A stretch of DNA of 63,858 nucleotides, the filler included, from Licmophora abbreviata (lineage: Eukaryota), in assembly GCA_900291995.1 (NCBI GenBank). It is 11 parts of 11 records of this genome, joined end to end, with 100 filler letters (N's around TTAATTAATTAA, not from the genome) between each part and the next. Parts side by side here need not be neighbours in the genome. Positions count along the whole stretch, not along the records: positions 28,247 to 38,902 come from OLMU01001348.1; positions 39,003 to 41,292 come from OLMU01001350.1; positions 41,393 to 50,829 come from OLMU01001351.1; 8 more parts are not named here. One strand, given 5' to 3'. The notes beneath the pieces were generated by a model. That model was not told where the DNA came from. It saw only the letters and a program-made list of their open reading frames with translations, and ran no database searches. The position numbers were made by a program, and so were the translations under genes. Below, piece by piece: positions 36,689-46,775 of the stretch (within the stretch, counting starts at the first letter, position 1; every line of letters begins with the position of its first letter).

Positions 36689-37064
36689 GGTTGCAAACAC
36701 AGCGCGACGTTCTGTGCGGACTGTGGAACGAGAGGCCTGTCTCGCTGCTGCTGCTGTTCTTTTCAGTGATGTCTTTTGTCTTTTGCCGCTTTTTCGAAAT
36801 TCAAAACAAACAAGGCCTGGCCGGCGGCGGCGGCGCCGGGCGATCTGTTCGAAGCACGCCAGGATTGATTCCACGTGGCACACAATGCATACGATTAGCG
36901 TCGCTCCGCCAACCGTTCACATCATCAGCACCAGTACCTACAAAATGGATCGACGCGGCAAGAAGCATCACAAAACGCATCCAGGCCACCGTCAACATGG
37001 TATCTCAGTCTCATGCTGCCATCATGCCAGTGCTGTCCATCGATTGCTAGCAGCTAACAATGGA

Positions 37065-38361
37065 ATGAGAGCATCGATACGGGAAGTGCCTGATTCGGTC
37101 CCTTCTCTTCCTGTGGCTCGTCTTGTAGGCCACGACGGCCCGATCCAAGCTGTGAGCTTCACAGGTACGTCTGTCGGTGGCAACGCGCTGTATCATGCCA
37201 TACTACCGTATACACACGCGCCGTTGTACCGTATCCCAATGATGAAACGTATTTCTCGCGCTTGGACTGAATTCCAGTGACGACACCATAGAAATATTAC
37301 ATTCCTTCACTTTGAGCTGAGGGATATCATGTGTGCACAGCACAACCTTGGCCGAAGACTTTCTGATGTCGCGTGCCGCCCTTCTTACCCGTCCCCATCA
37401 CCTATCTCTCACCTGCACAGCCGACGGAAACTACTGCTTGACAGCAGGACAGGACCGGACCGTACGACTCTGGAATCCTGCACGACTCGATCCAGCCTAT
37501 CCCGCCGACACCAGTCCTCCGAAACGGCGTGCTGATATTCACTCGCTGCCGCGCTCCTTGCCGATTCAGTCCTATGCCGATGGACACACGCATGCCGTAG
37601 CGGCCATAGCAACTGATACAGATTCCACCACCTTGGTGTCTGCATCGGATAAGACACTGGTCATAACAGACGTCATGACGAAACAAGTGAAGCGAAGGTA
37701 CCAGGGGCACGTCGGACGCATCAACGATGTTGCGGTGAGTTCGAACTGTGAAACGTATCTGTCGGCCAGTTATGATGGGACCGTGCGAATCTGGGATGGT
37801 CGGAGTCACAACCGAGAACCCATTCAGGTGCTAGGAGAAGCGGAGGACTCGGTCAGCTCGGTGCAAGTTGTACAGGGACAGACCGAAGCTTTGATTCGAA
37901 CGGCGTCGGTCGACGGGGTCGTTCGCACGTACGACTTGCGGCATGGACGAGTGCACTGCGATGACATGGCAAATGCCATTACGAGTGTTGCAGCCACGCA
38001 TGACGGAGAGTGCTTGGCAATATCGTGTTTGGATGGGACGATTCGACTCATGGAACAAGCGTCTGGAGAGCTCTTGAATACCTATGAGAACCAGCACAAG
38101 GCTGGAAACTATGCCCTGGAATGTGCATTTACCGCCAATGATGCGTACGTGGTCACTGGATCCGAAGATGGGCGTGTCCTTTTGTATGATTTGGTGCGAG
38201 GAACCCTTGTGCAATCGCTGGAGGGACACATGCGGCCGACGTGCTCGGTGGCGGCTCATCCGAAGCAAGTCAACAGCAGTGTCATTATTTCTGCTAGCTA
38301 TGACGGTCATGCTGTTGTCTGGGCGAATGACAGATCGTACGTTCGACGACACGAGGTCTAA
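37065..38361 (+). CDS. WDR83: WD40 protein WDR83/MORG1, 2 exons
   Basis: LVGHDGPIQAVSFT|ADGNYCLTAGQDRTVRLWNP, GHVGRINDV, SASYDGTVRIWDGRS and SVDGVVRTYDLR. Intron 37165-37420. Confidence 0.85.
37231..37327 (+). ncRNA. Intronic box C/D snoRNA with two LSU rRNA guides (U37/SNORD37-like)
   Basis: Terminal stem TATCCC/GGGATA; box C ATGATGA 37239-37245; D' CTGA 37267-37270; C' GTGACGA 37277-37283; D CTGA 37317-37320. Guides CTCGCGCTTGG and CTTCACTTTGA are complementary to adjacent conserved LSU rRNA stretches as recalled from memory. Confidence 0.85.
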
Positions 38362-38420
38362 AGAGGACAGGTAGATGGAAACCTACGCTTTAATCCTACC
38401 TGCAAGTCAGTATCATTCTT

Positions 38421-39063
38421 CTAATTATTGATCAACGTCACGAATTCGCTAGACAGCTTAGCCAGAGTGGCACTCTCGGCATTGACTAAACTCATCATGC
38501 TATCCGCAAAGCCCAGCTCTTGCACCAACGTCTTGGCTGGTAGACGTAATGCACCACCTTCAACTGGCTTGACTAGTCGCGCCGCAACTAGGATCCGTCG
38601 AGTTTTTGTTGTGGTGTCGGGCTCGTCATCCACCCCGTCCAAGCTCGCACACAGTAAGGAGACAACGCGATCAGGCAGTTCCACATCGTCTACCGATGCT
38701 ATTAGCCGAGCGCTCTCAACTAATGCGACATTGTAGAGAAAAGCTGCGGCCGCTTGTCGAACTTCAATCCGTTGTGCGTCGACGACAAGGTCGGCCAAAG
38801 CTGCTTCCACCGTGGCGTCATTCAAGACACTGTCGTGTTCACAAGCAGACGAGACTGCGAGCGCGTTGCTGAGCGTACACCAGGCCATTGATCGCGCCGC
38901 TGNNNNNNNNNNNNNNNNNNNNNNNNNNNNNNNNNNNNNNNNNNNNTTAATTAATTAANNNNNNNNNNNNNNNNNNNNNNNNNNNNNNNNNNNNNNNNNN
39001 NNAACGAGCCATCCCTTGCGACAGATCGTAAATGGCTAGCTGTACTTCACTCGTAGATGCCAT
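38421..39063 (-). CDS. PPPDE/DeSI peptidase - PUL domain protein, middle lost in gap
   Basis: N-terminus MASTSEVQLAIYDLSQGMAR (39063-39003) matches the DeSI1 start motif. The C-terminal fragment WCTLSNAL...EVRQAAAAFLYNVAL is PUL/ARM-like. Confidence 0.7.
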
Positions 39064-39701
39064 TGTGATATGGAACGAGATTGATGGATTCTACTGGATA
39101 AATGAAGGCAGAAGACAACAAACAGGACATTCGAACATTCAACGAAGAAGTGCATCGACCTCGATAGAAACATGTTGATGTGTGTGCGAAGAAAACATGA
39201 ACTTTATAATTAGCTTATAAAGATACATAAACTATGTAAACCTTGTCGTTGGAAATGATTTATGATTTCGTCTTGCTGGGACTTGATGACGTATCGTGGC
39301 GTCACAGCTGACGGTTGTATAGGAGCTTCAACCTCGCCGACACAACCCGTCGTCCAATGGATCATACTTCTATTTTTTTACGACAGTAAAAACTTTGGCG
39401 TTTGCGACGCTCAGGAGTAACCTCGCCGAGACTTCTTCCCGCCGATGGGAAGAAAAAGATCAAGTCAACCCCCATGAGCTCACAATTTCAACCAAGCAAT
39501 CGACAACACCGTTGTCGTCTACAATTTCAACACCACTGAACGATCGCAAGAGAAATTCTCTCCTTGCGATTCACAATCAACGACAAAATTATCTCTCACA
39601 AAACAATCTCAAGCCGACGCCATTTGAGTAAGGCACTTACGACCGCAGCAGCACTCATTTCCTCTTCCACTTTTACTAGTCATACTGTCGCTACGTCGAT
39701 C

Positions 39702-40532
39702 ATGACTCCATCCATCAAAGTCATTCCCAATAAACATCTGCATGTTTCGGAACCTGATCCTATGTGGTTTGGTAATGGTCCGAACGAGTCCTCGGACCCA
39801 GCTTGGACCAACAAGAACTGGCTCAAGAGTCGCTTCCACTTTTCGTTCGCCGAGTATAACAACTACCAGAACAAAGATTTTGGCATACTTCGCGTCATGA
39901 ACGACGATCTGGTCCAGCCACACCGAGGCTTTGGCACGCACCCACATGGCGACATGGAAATCATTACGTACATTGTCGATGGTGAACTTACACATCAAGA
40001 CAGCATGGGCACCAAGGAGAGTCTGCCTCGCGGGTCGATTCAATTCATGACGGCAGGTACAGGAGTGCGCCATTCGGAATTCAACCACGGCGACAAGCCT
40101 CTTCGATTCATTCAGACTTGGATTGTTCCCTCTGCTCGCGGATTGAAACCCAACTATGGTTCTTGCACAGGGTCGGCGGAGGCACGTAAGAACAGTTTGC
40201 ATCACCTCGTGTCCAACACGGAGGATCCGTCTACAAAGACGCCCGTCGAGATTAGTCAGGACGTCGATGCCTATGCCACAGAGCTCGATCTCGGCAAGAC
40301 AGTATCTTTGGAGTTACCGAAAGGACGCCAAGCATACCTCTTGTGCATTGAAGGTGGACTAAAGGTGAATGGCGAACAGCTTCACAAGTACGATGCATGT
40401 GAAGTAACAGGCACTGGAGGAACGTTGGAAATTGAGGCCACTGATGTCGAGGACACAGAGAATGGCAAAGTCGCTCACTTACTCATGTTTACAATGGCGG
40501 CGGTTCCTGGATCTGGACGCAAGGATGTTTGA
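39702..40532 (+). CDS. Pirin-family (YhhW-like) bicupin protein
   Basis: SRFHFSFAEY, FGILRVMNDD, GFGTHPHGDMEIITY, HQDSMG, MTAGTGVRHSE and FIQTWI. Confidence 0.93.
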   Translation: MTPSIKVIPNKHLHVSEPDPMWFGNGPNESSDPAWTNKNWLKSRFHFSFAEYNNYQNKDFGILRVMNDDLVQPHRGFGTHPHGDMEIITYIVDGELTHQDSMGTKESLPRGSIQFMTAGTGVRHSEFNHGDKPLRFIQTWIVPSARGLKPNYGSCTGSAEARKNSLHHLVSNTEDPSTKTPVEISQDVDAYATELDLGKTVSLELPKGRQAYLLCIEGGLKVNGEQLHKYDACEVTGTGGTLEIEATDVEDTENGKVAHLLMFTMAAVPGSGRKDV

Positions 40533-40602
40533 TTGTGATTGGTGCTTCTTGAAAATGGTATATGAAGCTAGTAGAGTGAAAGTAGTATTTAAACCGTCAA
40601 CC

Positions 40603-41637
40603 TTATATTGGTTTGCTCATTATTAGCGTCTTGGCTTTCATTTCCACAAAGCCACCGGATTCATCATCGACTCGAAGTGCCACCTCATCGTTCAATGTAT
40701 ATTGTACAGTGTATCCAAACTTGTTCTCATACAAGTCTCTCGCTGCACTGTTGTCTTCCTCAACCTTGAGATACATTGCTTCAAAACCACCATCTTCGCT
40801 AGCCATGCGCTCCGCCTCGGCGCATAGCTTCTGTGCAATGCCTTGGCGACGCGCATCCGGAGAAACTGCCAGATTGGAAAGTGCGCAAACCGGGTTTTGA
40901 TGCGACGGAAGCAAGTCTGCGGCGAGCTCATCCAACGGACTATTCTTGTAGAGCCTCCGTTCCTTCGGACTCAACGAAGCCACGGCACTGTTTAGTATAC
41001 TTTCCGCCTTTTCTCCCATTATAAAGTTCTTTGCGTCTGTATCAAGCAGGCATACGTCGATCCCAACGACACCCAATATCTTGTCAGATTCTTCGTCCAG
41101 AGCCATCAAGAGGCACGATTCAAGTAGGCGGTTACCAAGACGCTCTCCATACTTGCTCATGAGGTCGACATGCTGATCGAGCAACAGGGAGCTGCGCGTA
41201 GAAGCGGAAACCTGATCTCCCGTGCCATCGGAAAGGAGCTGCCGAGGAGAGCCGATCCAGAATGAATCCACCATGAATTCTGCAGCCTTGCTNNNNNNNN
41301 NNNNNNNNNNNNNNNNNNNNNNNNNNNNNNNNNNNNTTAATTAATTAANNNNNNNNNNNNNNNNNNNNNNNNNNNNNNNNNNNNNNNNNNNNGAAAGGAG
41401 CTGCCGAGGAGAGCCGATCCAGAATGAATCCACCATGAATTCTGCAGCCTTGCTCATGGACAAGTCATCACCTTGGCATGGAATGAGTTTGACAACCGGT
41501 GAACTTGAAGAAGTTTGTTCGGCAAGAAAAAGTTTGGACGGCGGAGCGTGAGGTCTAGTAGCGGGGCTGAACGCAAAACAGCGTTGTAAGCACGCCCCAG
41601 AGATCAAGAGGCAGATCAGATTTTTCATTGTGGACAT
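40603..41637 (-). CDS. Plastid-targeted GNAT acetyltransferase (spans a false gap)
   Basis: Signal + CFAFSP; acetyl-CoA motif LSNLAVSPDARRQGIAQKL; YLKVEEDNSAARDLY. 41231-41292 is duplicated at 41393-41454, so the two ORFs are one gene. Confidence 0.9.
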
Positions 41638-42301
41638 TACCGAGCGAACGTGCGACAGAGAAGTGAGAGCAGAACGGCTTTCCCCCTTCAGCTATGATAG
41701 ACATAGAACATCGTCAGCACAAGGAGAGAAGCACATCAACAAAAAGCGAAGACAGACAACCGCGAAAAACCGAGAAAAAGTACGTCATTCGAGAAACCCG
41801 GAAGAGGAAACTTGCGACCGACTGAGCATCTCTTCTCACTCGTCGTCATCGCAGGATGAAACCTCTTGCTGTGCATGTTGAATGTGTGGTACTTCAGGTA
41901 TGACCCAATTCTGTATGACAACCGCAGCGTCGCTCCGCAACACGAAGAATGAAGACACGTCTCCACCCGAAAAATTGGAACAAAAGCGTGGCTTCAAGCT
42001 TAACTGCCAGCCGCGGCATAAAGTCTCACGCCGAAAACCAAAAATCTTGTTCATCACGCGTGTTTGAGGAGGCATATTATTTCGCCAAGACGCTAGAGAC
42101 TCCTACATATGGACCCCAGTGGCGCGATGGGCTCAGGCATACAGTATCCATGGTCCGCTGGGTGAAGATGAGTATCACGCAGGAAAAAGGTGAACCGCTC
42201 CGTCGCTCGAACGAAGACACCATCCTATTTTCTTGTTCGCACCCTCAAACTTTCTTGTCAAGCAACTTCTTCGAATGAGTACATGCGATATGCTGTTTTC
42301 A

Positions 42302-44427
42302 ATGAAGTTCCAAACAGCGCTGTCTCTTCTCATCGGAATCGCCTTGACATCTGCAGGTGGTAGCACTGGACAAGAAACCTGTGTTGACTTTGGCAAGTCG
42401 CCGGATGGCGAGCCGATTCTCCACGGGCAGTACATCAGTAGTGAATGGCTTGCGCTTGGTGTCAACATCTCCGCTGCATCTCTTGACGGTGGATATACAC
42501 CTGGAGGACAAGCCCGCATATTGGACACGGGAATGCAGGGCTTAGCTGACCCAGACCTAGGTACGCCAAACCGGTATTGCAATCCCCCAGGGCCTGGAAT
42601 GGGGACTGGAGGAAGGCCGGGAGCCAAAGGCGAAAACTGCAAGTACGAAGGCAATGTTCTTATCATCCAGGAAGAAGCCGATCGCGATGTGGACGACAAT
42701 GCGTATGGTGGTACAATCAAATTTGATTTCGTCCTCCCTGTCACCCTCAAGTCGATCGGATTTCTCGACCTCGACAATGGCGTGTCGGCGATCGCCAACG
42801 TTCAACAAAACGACGGAACATACTTGCCTCTCATCGCGGTCTATGGGCTAGGGGACAATTCTGTTCAAGAGCTCGTCTTTGAGGAGAGTGCGAACACCTC
42901 TAAGCTTCATATTGGTATTCAAATGTCGGGCGCGATCCGATTCATCTGCTTCCAACAAGACACAGAAGGTATAGATCCCACACATTTACCAAGTGCAGAG
43001 CCTGCATCGGCGTTCACCTCTAAGCCTACTGTTGCTCCCACGCCAATGCCATCTCCTCGCCCGACAATGAAACCAACTCACGACCCCACTGTCACACCAA
43101 CAGCCATGCCAACAAGAGCTCCGACTGCCACACCAACGCCCGAGCCAACCGGCAAACCAGCAGACAGTCCGACGCCTGTCCCGACAGTCACCCCAACGAC
43201 GAGTCCTACCGTCTCCGCGACTATGTCGCCTACAGTCCATCCAATCGTCGGTCCTACCAACAATAACACATTGACACCAAGTGTATCTCCAGTGACGAAG
43301 ACAAATCTAGCTCCCACTGCTGCGTCGACGACGACCCTACCGACGACTACCTTGCCAACTCCAGCTCCTACGACAGCGTCCACTCTCCCGCCAACTAAGA
43401 AGCCCACATCAGCTCCTACGACTAGACCGACGCCTGCTCCGACCCTCGACTCAACGGCCAAGCCAACACCTGCCCCGACTGTCAAACCTACTACCATACC
43501 GACGAATACCCCGACTGTCAAACCTACTGCCACGCCGACGAATATCCCGACTGAATACCAACAGCCGAGCCTACTGTTGCTCCGTCCATCGGTCCCTCTG
43601 CAACGCCCTCTCTCACCCCGACTTACGAAACAAGCTTTCCTACCCTAGCGCCATTCAAGAACACAGAAAACAACATCTGTGTTACTTTTGATGTGTCGTC
43701 CAATGGCGAGCCAATTCACCATGGGCAGTACGTCAGTAGCGAATGGTTGTCACTGGGTGTAAACATCTCTGCTGTATCGCTCGATGGCGGCTTTACCCCT
43801 GGAGGCCAGGCTCGCATATTGGACACGGCGACACCTGGCTCAGCAGACCCAGACCTTGGGACACCGAATGAGTATTGCAGCCCATCGGGGCCTGGGAAAG
43901 GAAGAGGAGGTATCCCTGGATCAGAAGGCGAAAACTGCAACTACGAGGGCAATGTTCTTATTATCCAGGAAGAGGTCGATCGCGACGTGGATGACAACGC
44001 ATACGGTGGCACAATTGTGTTCGATTTCACCAGCCCTGTCATCCTCAAGTCTATCGGTTTTCTCGACCTCGAGAACGCATTAGCTGCAGTCGCCCAGGTT
44101 CAAAAGGAGGACGGTTCGCAATTGCCACTCATTCCGATCTATGGGCTGGGGGACAATTCCGTTCAAGAGCTTTTCTTTAACGAGAGCGGAGATACTTCCA
44201 AGCTCTCTATTGGTTTTCAAATGTCTGGTGCAATTCGATTTATCTGCTACCAGACGGATGCGCCGACACACGAGTATGCGACCAAGCCTAATGCTATGCC
44301 AACTGTCGAGTCAAACGAGCGGTCTTCATCGAGTCGCGTTTATTCTCATGTCCAGAGTAGTAGGGGATCATTGCGAAAATACAACGCCAAAAATGCGCCA
44401 GGACGGAAGTCTGGTCCTCCTCTCTGA
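42302..44427 (+). CDS. Secreted protein: two copies of a ~190-aa Gly/Asp/Cys domain separated by a Pro/Thr mucin-like linker; one frameshift
   Basis: Signal MKFQTALSLLIGIALTSAG. Duplicated DPDLGTPN.YC...GENC.YEGNVLIIQEE.DRDVDDNAYGG...GLGDNSVQE...MSGAIRFIC. One missing base at ~43555 restores IPTAEPTVAPS...ICVTFDVSSNGEP. Confidence 0.8.
42980..43650 (+). repeat. PTxxPT low-complexity coding repeats
   Basis: Dozens of P-T-x-x tetrapeptides, including near-exact nucleotide repeats CCCGACTGTCAAACCTACT at ~43475 and ~43510. Confidence 0.85.
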
Positions 44428-45101
44428 GATTCGACTCGAACGGAGGAGTCAAGGATCTCATACAATGTCTCCGACTGAGCTTTTTTCGGATGTAAGGTGT
44501 GTATGCTGTGTCGTAACGCTACTCATATTATAATAAACAACATGGGTGCATTAACTCTCTAGGTTGCTACAATAGATGGGGCTTGGTAATGACACGATAC
44601 AAACTTCGGTCGTCGCTCGTCCACAGTGACGACGTGTGGCTGTCTATCATTTTTTCAGCTTCGCTAGGCCTAGCCGGTACTTCGCATCTTACTGGACTGT
44701 ACGTTACGGGCGTGAAGAGTGTCGAGCGAGGCAGTAAGCCGATTTGAAAGTCGCATTGCGATGTCATTGGATGCTCAGGTAAAATCGCCGGTTCGGTTTA
44801 CGAGTATTGTCAGAGCGTAAAAAGTAAAAACACAAAACACAAGAATTGATGCTAGAAAAGGCCAAATGTATAATTTTGACTTAGAATTGAACAAAAGTTA
44901 AAATTATTATCTATTCTGACCACATCAGTGACGTCAGTAATTGTCAAGTTTTACAATCAACAAAAATATTCGAACGGCACGACGCACGACATCCACAACA
45001 CAAAATCGACCTTGAGGAGAGTTTTACGTTGCCATAGTCTCTTCGTCTCGCTGAGCTACACTCGCTGATCTGACTGAGATAGAAAGCTATATAGTGAGGT
45101 G

Positions 45102-46076
45102 ATGGTATATCTATCGAGATTACTTTCTTTCAAACGACGTACACATTCCTCGCTCACGGTCGCAACAGTCGCTCTGACCACCCTGGCTTGCCGCTCAACC
45201 GCCCTCATGATTGATTCACACTTGCATGTTTGGGCCAACACGGCCGAGGCGGAATCAACCTTTCCGTATTTGCAAGAACCTCCTGTCGATCTGCGCGACA
45301 AGGCGTCAGCGGATGCGCTGCTACAGCAGATGAAAGAAGCTGGCGTTGACGGCGCGCTTATTGTCCAACCTATCAATCACAAATTCGACCACTCTTACGT
45401 CTTGCAAGCCATGAAGAATCACCCCACAAAGTTCAAGGGCATGTTACTACACGATCCTGCATTACCAAAAGAGGAAGCCGTATCTCGATTGGAAGATCTG
45501 GCTCTGAAAGGATTCGTCGGGGTTCGATTCAACCCTTACCTGTGGCCCAAAGACGACAACGACAAGCTAACGCCCATGTCCTTGACTGATGCCGGTTGTG
45601 CAGTCTACAAGCGATGCGCGGATCTCAAAATGCCTGTAGGGGTCATGTGCTTTCAGGGGCTGGCACTTCATTACGAAGATCTGAAAGCCTTGCTCGAGCT
45701 TTCACCTGAGACGGTCATGATTCTCGATCACTTTGGCTTCACAGAGCTATCGGAGGCAGGCGACGCGGCATTTGTGCAGCTCTTGGATTTGGCGAAGGCA
45801 CATCCTCAACTAGTAGTGAAAGTTTCAGCCTTGTTTCGGCTAAAGGACGACTCGCCTGACCGGCAGAGAGTGAGAACAGAACGATTCGAACCATTGCTTC
45901 GAGAACTCGGGCCTGACCGACTCATGATGGGCTCTGATTTTCCGTTCGTCTTAGAACAGCCTGAATCCTACTGTGGCACTATTTCGGTCGTCAAGTCGTG
46001 GATAAACGACAGCGCACAAGAGAACGCAATCCTTGGCGGCACGGCCGAGCGTCTGTTTGGACCGTGGGGAGGTTGA
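45102..46076 (+). CDS. Amidohydrolase_2-family metallohydrolase
   Basis: IDSHLHVW (HxH), GALIVQP, FVGVRFNP, ILDHFG, VVKVS and RLMMGSDFP. N-terminal targeting-like extension. Confidence 0.88.
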   Translation: MVYLSRLLSFKRRTHSSLTVATVALTTLACRSTALMIDSHLHVWANTAEAESTFPYLQEPPVDLRDKASADALLQQMKEAGVDGALIVQPINHKFDHSYVLQAMKNHPTKFKGMLLHDPALPKEEAVSRLEDLALKGFVGVRFNPYLWPKDDNDKLTPMSLTDAGCAVYKRCADLKMPVGVMCFQGLALHYEDLKALLELSPETVMILDHFGFTELSEAGDAAFVQLLDLAKAHPQLVVKVSALFRLKDDSPDRQRVRTERFEPLLRELGPDRLMMGSDFPFVLEQPESYCGTISVVKSWINDSAQENAILGGTAERLFGPWGG

Positions 46077-46775
46077 GATCCTGCAAGGAGACGACGACGA
46101 GACAAGTTCTTGAGACACTGTACACGACTTTTGAGTGTTTTATGTGGGCAACGGGGTAGTCCGCCGGCTGCAGTGCCACTCCGACTGACAGCGAGCCCAC
46201 ATGGGCCGTCAAAACTAGTTTGTATCAGCCTTTGAGAAGTCTAGATTGCTTGCTTGTTTCTGTTCCGGGTGATGTCCAGTGCCCTGATGGCCCTACACAC
46301 GGCTTACTCTTCAAGACAACATTAGTATCGCTCCTACCTATCCGTCATCATCGCCGTGGCATCGCGCGTTTGTTTCGTCGTGTTTGATAGCGTCTCGTCT
46401 AATGAACGGAAAATGCACATTTGAGTCGAGCGAGTCAATTTTGGCACATCCTGTGTCTGTCTGTCTGTCTACTCGTACAGTGCTTGTTTTTCACGAACAT
46501 TCATCATGTTCGTCGCCAAAAGCGCAGCGACGATCGGAGATTGACTTCGACTTGACCTCGCTCGTCAATCAAAGGACATCCCTGAACACAATCGAACCAC
46601 GCACCAGGACGCCGTTCCAACACGATCAGCTCATTTGGTCGATAAAGTTTACTTCTTGACTTCTTGGACCGAGAAGATCGCTTTGGGTGCGAAACTGACT
46701 TTCGAAGTTTTGCCGCTATTTTCCCGACTGAATTCCTGTTGATTACAGCTGCTGATACTGTGAACGCATTTCACA

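Noticed and set aside
43078..43533. Val/Gly-rich antisense ORF, and many other antisense ORFs in the track
   Set aside because: Shadows of real genes on the opposite strand, here the Pro/Thr repeat.
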